Shown here in pieces: positions 29,304 through 37,143 of a DNA stretch of 64,000 nucleotides. Made by a program: the position numbers and the translations under genes. Below the pieces are notes generated by a model. The model ran no database searches. It had not been told where the DNA came from and saw only the letters and a program-made list of their open reading frames with translations. Position 1 is the first letter of the stretch. Each line of letters opens with the position of its first letter. The stretch comes from a virus (Duplodnaviria; Heunggongvirae; Uroviricota; Caudoviricetes): IMG/VR virus record IMGVR_UViG_3300035659_000001; one strand, 5' to 3'.

Positions 29304-29383
29304 GCCCGTATAGTCGAGTCTGCCTTCTAAGTAGATAATCGTAATTGGAACTGAAAATACTGGTTCGAATCCAGTTACGGGTA
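29304..29383 (+). ncRNA. tRNA-Arg(UCU)-like RNA with rearranged D arm
   Basis: GCCCGTA/TACGGGT acceptor; TCTGC-CTTCTAA-GTAGA precedes a D-loop-like TAATTGGA; canonical T arm. Confidence 0.7.
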
Positions 29384-29460
29384 TTAATTTTTTAAAGAAA
29401 GTGAGATATTTTTCTAAAGAAAGAATAGGTCAAATTTAATCCGAGTTAATCAATATCATA

Positions 29461-29482
29461 AAAAGCCAGATTTCTGGCTTTT
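29461..29482. terminator. Bidirectional-type hairpin after tRNA cluster
   Basis: AAAAGCCAG-ATTT-CTGGCTTTT. Confidence 0.6.
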
Positions 29483-30187
29483 GTTACGTCTAGAGCATTT
29501 TAAAAAGATATTTTGAACAAAACAGCCCCCATAATATCGTGCGCGCGTATAGACACGTGATTCAATGAAAATAAATTTTTCGATCAAGTTAAAACTTGAA
29601 TGTCCATTTGTAAACCTAGCAATAACGACAGCTGCATGCTATTCTAAATTCTTTGTTTACATTTTGCGAAGAGTTACTTTTCTTATGAAAAAATGGCAAA
29701 TTATAAATTGAAAATGCCTGTTTCTAACGCGATGCGTGCGCGCTAGTGCGATGTGCGCGTACACGCGCGAAAACAGACAATTACGATCTCTGCACGTGAA
29801 AGCTGCAACTAAAAATTATAGTGTGTTTACATTTAGGAAAAATTTGATGAATGTGGACAGTTGGTTTTGTAGTATCGCGATAATTTACATCTACGCGTTG
29901 AGAAATGTCAGTTGTCGTAGACTTTGTAGAAAAATTTAAAAATGAGATACTATTTAGTAATAACATTATAATTAGAATTTAAGTCGCCCAGTTCATAAAA
30001 AAAAAGTTTTTTAAGCATTCGTAAACTTTTGTTGAGAAAATGCATATAAAAAAATGAGCCTTTCGAAGAAAGGATCATGTCATTATGTACTCAAAAATAA
30101 GTCTATTCGTAAGTTAAGATCTAAGAGTTTCAATGAATACTCGATTAACATGAAATCTTGTAATTTATATAATTGTAAGCCGACAAA

Positions 30188-30910
30188 ATGCGAATATTTA
30201 TAACTGGTGATACTCATATACCTTATGATATTAGTAAACTTAATTCAACTAATTTCTCAGTTCAAAAAACGTTTAAAGAAGAAGCTGCTATAGTGATAGT
30301 ATGTGGTGATTTTGGTTTATTATGGAAAAATTATCTAGATAATGAAGAAGCATACTGGACTAAATGGTTGAATGAAAGAATGTACACTGTAGCATTTATT
30401 GATGGAAATCACGAGAACTTTGCTAGGTTGAATAGATTGTCTGAAGTAGAGATGTTTGGTGGTAAAGTTGGTAAAGTAAGTGACAAGATATATCATTTGA
30501 AAAGAGGAGAGATTTATAGCATAGATGGTAAGAAATTCTTTTGTATGGGCGGAGCTAGGAGTACTGATAAAAGTAGCAGGATTGTGAATATTAGTTGGTG
30601 GAAAGAAGAAGAGCATTCATATAAAGAGATTGAAAATGCATTGAGTAATTTAGAGAAGAACAATAATGAAGTAGATTATATAATAGCGCATACATTACCA
30701 GTAACTATGATATATAAATATTATGAGATTATTAAAGATGACGAGATACAGGAACAATACATTAAAGATAATATCGAAGATTCAGTTGCAAAGTTTTTGC
30801 AAGAAGTTTGTAATAAAGTGAAGTTTAAAGAGTATTTTTGTGGACATTTTCACGATGATAAGCAAATAGGTAATTTCAACATATTATTTGAAAAAATAAT
30901 TGAGATATAA
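30188..30910 (+). CDS. Calcineurin-like metallophosphoesterase
   Basis: GDTH, GDFG, DGNHEN, HT, GHFH. Confidence 0.9.
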   Translation: MRIFITGDTHIPYDISKLNSTNFSVQKTFKEEAAIVIVCGDFGLLWKNYLDNEEAYWTKWLNERMYTVAFIDGNHENFARLNRLSEVEMFGGKVGKVSDKIYHLKRGEIYSIDGKKFFCMGGARSTDKSSRIVNISWWKEEEHSYKEIENALSNLEKNNNEVDYIIAHTLPVTMIYKYYEIIKDDEIQEQYIKDNIEDSVAKFLQEVCNKVKFKEYFCGHFHDDKQIGNFNILFEKIIEI

Positions 30911-30965
30911 TAAAAATATGTTTCTTTGACTAAAATGATATATATTAAGTATAGGTGATGAAATT

Positions 30966-31043
30966 ATGAAAAATCTTAATTCAAACAGTTTATATCGGCT
31001 AGGTCAACGACAACCGCGACCAAAAGGCAAGAATAATGTTTGA
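30966..31043 (+). CDS. Putative Gln/Pro/Arg leader peptide, 25 aa
   Basis: AGGTGA SD; MKNLNSNSLYRLGQRQPRPKGKNNV*. Confidence 0.6.
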   Translation: MKNLNSNSLYRLGQRQPRPKGKNNV

Positions 31044-31110
31044 GTGAGATAGTGTAGAAGTTATTGAATAAAAAAAGAGTCTCACTTGAAAAAGAGGGAC
31101 TCTTTTTTTA
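31041..31110 (+). promoter_or_regulatory. Antiterminator/terminator (attenuator 2)
   Basis: TGAGTGAGAT (31041-50) pairs GTCTCACTTG (31079-88) in terminator AAAAAAGAGTCTC..GGGACTCTTTTTTT. Confidence 0.7.
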
Positions 31111-31121
31111 TTTGGAATAAA

Positions 31122-31194
31122 CGGGGCGTAGCTCAATTGGCTGAGCACATGATTTGGGTTCATGCGGTTATCAGTTCGACTCTGATTGCCCCGA
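31122..31194 (+). tRNA. tRNA-Pro (UGG)
   Basis: CGGGGCG/TGCCCCG; CATGA-TTTGGGT-TCATG. Confidence 0.9.
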
Positions 31195-31225
31195 TAAATC
31201 ATTGGATTAATGATTGAAAATATAC

Positions 31226-31300
31226 TGGAGCATGGTGTAATTGGCAACACAGAAGCCCTTGGAGTTTCTTTTCATGGTTCGAGTCCATGTGCTCCAGCCA
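31226..31300 (+). tRNA. tRNA-Gln (UUG), C33
   Basis: TGGAGCA/TGCTCCA GCCA; GAAGC-CCTTGGA-GTTTC. Confidence 0.85.
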
Positions 31301-31545
31301 ATTTTGAAATTATTAGAAAATTATAATGATAGTGAAATATTATCTAAGATAAAAAAACTACTGTAGTCTTCTTCAATTTATTTTAATCTTTTACAAATTT
31401 ATTTTCTTTTCATTGTAAAACTATTTGATTTAAATAACTTAATTAAGAGATTATTTTATGTTAAAAGTTTTAATAAACTAAATTTGTTCATCAACATTTA
31501 GTTTTTGATTTTAAAGCTTGTAAATTGATTAAAGGGAGTATAGTT

Positions 31546-31725
31546 ATGAATGCTAAAGAAGTAATTATGGAATTGGGTTTCACGAATGAAGAGGAGTTTA
31601 ATGCTCTTGTAAATTCTTTGGATTTGACAAAGCCCGGCGCAGTTGAAAAGCTTAAGACGTGGCAAACGACTAATCTTACAAAAGCATCGTTGTTGAAGTT
31701 GAAAGAAGAATTAGATAAGACGTAA
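31546..31725 (+). CDS. Hypothetical protein
   Basis: GGGAG SD before MNAKE. Confidence 0.55.
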   Translation: MNAKEVIMELGFTNEEEFNALVNSLDLTKPGAVEKLKTWQTTNLTKASLLKLKEELDKT

Positions 31726-31766
31726 TCATTACGAAACATAATTAAGATTTTAGAAAGAAGGTAGAC

Positions 31767-32933
31767 ATGTATCATACAAGTCTCATTGACAATGATTTAT
31801 ATAAATTTACTATGGAATGGGCAGTTTGTAAGTTATATCCGGATTTGAAAGTTCGGTATACTTTAATAATTAGAGACGACGTAGAATTTCCTGTAGGTTT
31901 TGCAAATCGATTAAAAGAAATTGTAGATAGTTATAGAGGACTAACACTTAAAAAAAATGAGAAAGATTTTCTTAGATATAAGTGTTATTATTTACCAAGT
32001 ATGTATCTTGATTTTTTGAGTGGTTATCAGTATGATCCATCTGAAGTAAGTATTTCTCAGCCAGGTGGTCATTTATTTGTGACAGTTGAAGGTTATTGGT
32101 ATCGAACGATTTTGTGGGAAGTACCATTGATGGCAACGATAAGCGAACTGTATTTTGAGATGAAGGGGTTGAAAGGTTTATCTATAGAAGAGCGACATAA
32201 GATTAATCATGATAAAGCTGTTGCATTAGCTAATTTGGGCGTGTACTTTTCTGAGTTTGGTACAAGACGAAGATATTCATTTGAGAATCAGAAAATGTGT
32301 GTCGCTGACATGAAAGAATATGCAGGTAATCATTTAGTAGGCACATCTAATCCATATTTGGCTATGTTGTATGAACTTACACCAATGGGAACACTTGCTC
32401 ATGAATGGATATCTGCACATGCAGCTATGTTCGGATATCAAATGGCAAATAAAGCGTCTTTAGATGCATGGTCAAATGTTTATCAGGGTGATCTTGGAAT
32501 AGCTTTGCCGGATACATTTACGACAGACGAGTTTTTGAGGTCGTTTAATACATATCATACTAAGTTGTGGGATGGTTTGCGACATGATTCATTTGATCCA
32601 TTTGTTTTTACTGATAAGGTTGTTGATCATTATAGAAAATTGAAAGTGTCGCCGATGTTTAAGACTATATTGTATTCTGACAATATAAATAGTATAGGTA
32701 AAGTTACACAAATTCATGATTATTGTAAGAATCGAATAAATGATCGATATGGGCCAGGTACATGGATGTCCAATGATGTTGGTGTTACGCCATTGAATAT
32801 GGTTATTAAGTTGACTGCGTGCTATGTAAATGGTCGATGGGTATGGGCAGTAAAGTTATCAGATACTGAGTCAAAGAATACTGGTAATGAAGCTGAAGTG
32901 AGGTTATGTAAAGAGACATTAAAGTTATTTTGA
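31767..32933 (+). CDS. pncB: Nicotinate phosphoribosyltransferase
   Basis: LIDNDLYKFTM, SEFGTRRRYS, GTSN, GTLAHEW, GIALPDT, GLRHDS, NMVIKL, KLSD. Confidence 0.95.
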   Translation: MYHTSLIDNDLYKFTMEWAVCKLYPDLKVRYTLIIRDDVEFPVGFANRLKEIVDSYRGLTLKKNEKDFLRYKCYYLPSMYLDFLSGYQYDPSEVSISQPGGHLFVTVEGYWYRTILWEVPLMATISELYFEMKGLKGLSIEERHKINHDKAVALANLGVYFSEFGTRRRYSFENQKMCVADMKEYAGNHLVGTSNPYLAMLYELTPMGTLAHEWISAHAAMFGYQMANKASLDAWSNVYQGDLGIALPDTFTTDEFLRSFNTYHTKLWDGLRHDSFDPFVFTDKVVDHYRKLKVSPMFKTILYSDNINSIGKVTQIHDYCKNRINDRYGPGTWMSNDVGVTPLNMVIKLTACYVNGRWVWAVKLSDTESKNTGNEAEVRLCKETLKLF

Positions 32934-32939
32934 GGAAAG

Positions 32940-33668
32940 ATGGAAAAAACGTCAACTAGTGAGTTGTTGAGTATAGCAGAAAGAATAAAAGCTACTTGTT
33001 TAAAAGATTTAGCAAATCAAATAGGTGTGTCTCATCAAGCAGTACATCAAAAAGCGCTGTATTATGGCATAGATTATGAGTTAAAAGCTATATTTAGAGA
33101 GAATCGGCCCGTAATATCATTACTTCCAAAAATGCCGGGTATAGTTATATTTCAAGGAAAAGATGAAAAGATTTATTTGTATTCAAAAGCTAATATTAGA
33201 ATAATTGCTAAAGCACATTATCACAAGTTTAAAGATTATAAATTATCTTATGTTGTTGTTGATAAATCTAAAGTGATTTTAGAATGTTTGAAAAGACGGT
33301 TTAAAGATCCTGATTCAAGACTTCTTTGTGAAAAAGAAAGCGGTAAATTTCCATATATGCATAATAGAAAAAATAAAAGATATTTTATATATACGCCTCA
33401 AAGTCAGATGTGCTTAGGATATGCTTTGACTTTTGAAGATGCTATTAATATTTTGAAACGGTATGTTTTTAATAAAAAAATAGAAAAGAAAAAGTTATTT
33501 GTTCAAACTGTTTCAAGTGACAAGTTATATAAATTGTATGTAGAGAAGAAATTAAACCTTGATGAAATTGCAAAAAAAATGCATACGTCTGCAAGTACAA
33601 TTTATCTTAGTTTGAGAAAATTAAATATTCCAATTAATAATGTTGGGAGACCAAAAAATGATAAGTGA
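32940..33668 (+). CDS. HTH-containing protein, possibly degenerate homing endonuclease
   Basis: HTH-like segments at both ends (LANQIGVSHQAV; IAKKMHTSASTI); PGIVIF..IYLY resembles decayed GIY-YIG. Confidence 0.5.
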   Translation: MEKTSTSELLSIAERIKATCLKDLANQIGVSHQAVHQKALYYGIDYELKAIFRENRPVISLLPKMPGIVIFQGKDEKIYLYSKANIRIIAKAHYHKFKDYKLSYVVVDKSKVILECLKRRFKDPDSRLLCEKESGKFPYMHNRKNKRYFIYTPQSQMCLGYALTFEDAINILKRYVFNKKIEKKKLFVQTVSSDKLYKLYVEKKLNLDEIAKKMHTSASTIYLSLRKLNIPINNVGRPKNDK

Positions 33669-34464
33669 AAATGAAATTAAAAAAGTAATTAATTGGCTTA
33701 ATTGTAGATTAGTTGACTCTAAACAAAATGGATTTGTTATTGGTATTTCTGGGGGAATTGATTCTGCTGTTGTATCTGCTCTTTGTGCTGAAACAGATAA
33801 ATCTACTATGGTTATTAGTTTACCAATACATCAATGTCAAACACAAATTGACCAAGCTTCAGATCACGTAACGTGGTTATTAGAGAGATATTCTAATGTT
33901 GTGTCTTATTATTTAGATTTGACGGAAGCATTTGAATCATTAAAAGACTCTATTCGACTGTGTTTAAATTATGATTTAGTGCTTGCAAATATGAGGTCTA
34001 GATTGAGAATGACTACATTATATGCTTATGCTAATAGTTTTGGATGTTTAGTGGTTGGTACAGGAAATAAAATTGAAGATTTTGGCATTGGTTTTTTTAC
34101 GAAGTATGGTGATGGCGGAGTAGATATTAGTCCAATAGGTGATTTTATGAAGTCTGAAGTATATGATATTGCAAGATATTTTGAGATTATTCCATCAATA
34201 CAACAGGCAAAACCTACAGATGGACTTTGGGGTGATAATCGTACTGACGAAGATCAGATAGGTGATACTTATGTAAATCTTGAAAAAGCAATGTTATTTT
34301 GTGAAAAATTGAAGATTGAGACTGTTCAACACTATGAAGAATTGAAAAAATTAGGTTTTATTGAATTGGTTGATGTTGAAGAAAAGACTTTATATAATTA
34401 TTTAAAAAGGCACGAAAATAATTTGCATAAAATGGTAATGCCGTTAATATGCAACTATAATTAA
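33658..34464 (+). CDS. nadE: NH3-dependent NAD+ synthetase
   Basis: GISGGIDSA, NMRSRLRM, GTGNKIE, GFFTKYGDG, KSEV, PTDGLW..TDEDQIG. Confidence 0.95.
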   Translation: MISENEIKKVINWLNCRLVDSKQNGFVIGISGGIDSAVVSALCAETDKSTMVISLPIHQCQTQIDQASDHVTWLLERYSNVVSYYLDLTEAFESLKDSIRLCLNYDLVLANMRSRLRMTTLYAYANSFGCLVVGTGNKIEDFGIGFFTKYGDGGVDISPIGDFMKSEVYDIARYFEIIPSIQQAKPTDGLWGDNRTDEDQIGDTYVNLEKAMLFCEKLKIETVQHYEELKKLGFIELVDVEEKTLYNYLKRHENNLHKMVMPLICNYN

Positions 34465-34483
34465 ATTAAATGAAAGGATGTGT

Positions 34484-35293
34484 ATGGCTACAAAAAGAAA
34501 AGTTTGTGTTCTTGGAATTGATCCACAAGACGATTTTGTAAATCGTAGTGGACAAGCTAAGCTTAAGGTTGACGGTGCTGTTGCTGGCGCTGACAATGTG
34601 TCAAAGATGATAACTCGATATGGTGGAGACATCGATGATATTCAGCTTACGATGGATTCACATTATCATATCCATATTGCACATTCTTGTTGGTGGTTGG
34701 ATAAGAATAATAATCATCCTAAACAATTTACTCTTATTCCGCATGATGCTGTTATGAGCAAGGATTTTAGAGCAAATGATCCAGCGCGGCAACAGTGGTC
34801 TGAGTATTATACTGAGCAATTGATGAAGAACAAGCGGTTTACTGTGTGTATATGGAATGATCATTGTATTATTGGATCAGATGGGCAAAAAATTGATCCT
34901 GTTATATATGAAGCAGTGACTAAGTGGGAGCATGACTTTTATGCTATGGCTGTGAGGACTACAAAAGGTTCATGTATGTTTACTGAACATTATTCTGCTG
35001 TTAAGGCAGAAGTAGAATATCCGAAAGATATTTCAACAAGGTTTAATAATGACTTTGTTAATGTTTTGAAGACGTTTGATGATATCCTTGTATGGGGTTG
35101 GGCACTTTCTCACTGTTTGAATTTTACAATGTCTGACATTGCTGAGGATTTTGGAGATGATCAGGTTAAGAAGATTGTGCTTCTTACTGATGCAACTTCA
35201 AGTGTGGGTGGCTTTGAAAAGGACGGCGATGATTTTGTTAATCGTATGGTTGCAAAAGGAATGCGTACTGCCACGACAAAGACATTTTTCTAA
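34484..35293 (+). CDS. pncA: Nicotinamidase / isochorismatase-family cysteine hydrolase
   Basis: IDPQDDF, TMDSH, WNDHC, KG..EHYS, GWALSHC. Confidence 0.8.
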   Translation: MATKRKVCVLGIDPQDDFVNRSGQAKLKVDGAVAGADNVSKMITRYGGDIDDIQLTMDSHYHIHIAHSCWWLDKNNNHPKQFTLIPHDAVMSKDFRANDPARQQWSEYYTEQLMKNKRFTVCIWNDHCIIGSDGQKIDPVIYEAVTKWEHDFYAMAVRTTKGSCMFTEHYSAVKAEVEYPKDISTRFNNDFVNVLKTFDDILVWGWALSHCLNFTMSDIAEDFGDDQVKKIVLLTDATSSVGGFEKDGDDFVNRMVAKGMRTATTKTFF

Positions 35294-35326
35294 ACAGAAT
35301 TGACACTTTAAATAAGGAGAATAATT

Positions 35327-36097
35327 ATGCCAAAGATGATGGGTATGACTGATGCAGACATAGCACAGACTGCACGCGGTTTTAAGTATTCAAATGTTAA
35401 GGCTGAAAAGCTAGGAGCGTCTGAGTACACAATAACTGAGATTGTTGTTGATGCTACTGGTTCTGTTAGTCCTTTTGTAAATGATCTTGAAAACATGATT
35501 TCTGAAAGTATCAATGCATGTAAGAAGTCTCCCAGAAAAAACAATTTGTTAGCTCGTGTAACAAAGTTTAATGCTGACATGAATCGATCACATATTGATG
35601 AAATTCATGGTTATACTTTATTGGATACTATTGATACTGCTCAGTACAAAGGAGCAATTAAACCTGATGGCGGAACGCCTTTATATGAAGCCACGCTTGA
35701 AGCAATTGAGACACTTCATGATTACACTGCAAAGCTTTACAAGACAAAGAAAATTACTTGTAATGCTATAGTGTTTATTATAACAGATGGCGACAATAAT
35801 GCGTCCATGAACATTACGACTGCAAATATTAAAGAAATGATTCAGAAGATTAAAACTGAAGAAATTCTTGAATCAATTCGTACAATACTTATCGGTATTA
35901 ATGACACAGATGCTCATTTCAAGGCTCGCCTTGAAGCGTTCGTTAAAGAAGCTGGACTCGATGAATACATTTCAGTTGGTGAAGTTAGTGCTGGTAAATT
36001 AGCTAAACTTGCTCAATTTGTTAGTCGTAGCACTTCATCTCAGGCACAAGCAAAAGGTACGGGCGGACCTTCACAACCGATCAGTCTTAAATTTTAA
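35327..36097 (+). CDS. vWA (TerY-like) domain protein
   Basis: MIDAS DATGS, GGTPLYEA, IITDG. Confidence 0.85.
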   Translation: MPKMMGMTDADIAQTARGFKYSNVKAEKLGASEYTITEIVVDATGSVSPFVNDLENMISESINACKKSPRKNNLLARVTKFNADMNRSHIDEIHGYTLLDTIDTAQYKGAIKPDGGTPLYEATLEAIETLHDYTAKLYKTKKITCNAIVFIITDGDNNASMNITTANIKEMIQKIKTEEILESIRTILIGINDTDAHFKARLEAFVKEAGLDEYISVGEVSAGKLAKLAQFVSRSTSSQAQAKGTGGPSQPISLKF

Positions 36098-36315
36098 TGA
36101 GCGAGCTGGATATTGAGGAATATATCCAGTTTGTTATGTAGAAAATATGAGATATCCAATAAGTAAACCAACAAACATTCCTGGAAGCGGTAGTGCAATA
36201 TTTGTATTTACTGGAAACTATTACAAGATTTTGCACTTGACATTTATAATATAAACAAAGTGGCTAAAATTTTGCAAGGGTGCATGAACGATAAACAAAG
36301 TCAACAGGAGGTTGC

Positions 36316-37143
36316 ATGATGAATAGTGATTCTTATTTTGAAATAGGTTCCAGTCATATTGTTTGTCAAGATTATGCATTGAGTGGTTCATACGACGGCA
36401 TGACATATTCAATTATATCTGATGGATGCTCTGAAGCAGAGCATTCTGAGATAGGCGCTCAAATAATATGTCATGTTGCAAAACATACTATAATATTATT
36501 ACATCAGTCGAGAATATTTAAACAATGTGATCTTGATGCTTTATCATCGTTATTGGGTAACAGTATTTTTAAACGAATTGATGATATTCGAAAGCTGTAT
36601 CCAATTCCGCAAGCCTCTTTACAAGCAACATTACATATTGCTTTAGCTTATGGTAACAATGCTTACACATTTTCATGGGGTGATGGAGTAATCATTAGTA
36701 AGTGGTCAACGGGAGAAATCAATGTTAAAGAGATTTCTTATCCATGCGGAGCACCGATTTATCTTGTGACTGATGAGCAAGCTTATAGAAATGATCGAAG
36801 AGATTCGAATGAGCCTTGTGAAGTTGTTGTTAAAGATTATTGGTTGGGTACGGATGCTGTGCCAACAGTTGTTGATAAAAGTCAAGATCCATTTAAATGT
36901 ATTGCTTCTCTTTATACTCCTAGATTACAGTCGTCAATAACGATATGTTCAGATGGCATTAAGTCGTATAAGGAAAAGAATATTATTGATATATCATTAT
37001 TGACAATGGCAGCTGAGTTTACAGATTTTGCATCAACTGATGGTGTATTTGTTGAGTGTTGTATGAAATTTTTGAAAAAGAAAGCTTTAAAAATGCAATG
37101 GTCGCATTATGATGATATTTGCTGTGGAGCTATAATAATATGA
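36316..37143 (+). CDS. PP2C-like protein phosphatase
   Basis: GSSH..CQD, ISDGCS, WGDG, CSDG, HYDD. Confidence 0.85.
   Translation: MMNSDSYFEIGSSHIVCQDYALSGSYDGMTYSIISDGCSEAEHSEIGAQIICHVAKHTIILLHQSRIFKQCDLDALSSLLGNSIFKRIDDIRKLYPIPQASLQATLHIALAYGNNAYTFSWGDGVIISKWSTGEINVKEISYPCGAPIYLVTDEQAYRNDRRDSNEPCEVVVKDYWLGTDAVPTVVDKSQDPFKCIASLYTPRLQSSITICSDGIKSYKEKNIIDISLLTMAAEFTDFASTDGVFVECCMKFLKKKALKMQWSHYDDICCGAIII

Noticed and set aside
29736-29966. Two short ORFs in the non-coding tract
   Set aside because: No SD and atypical composition
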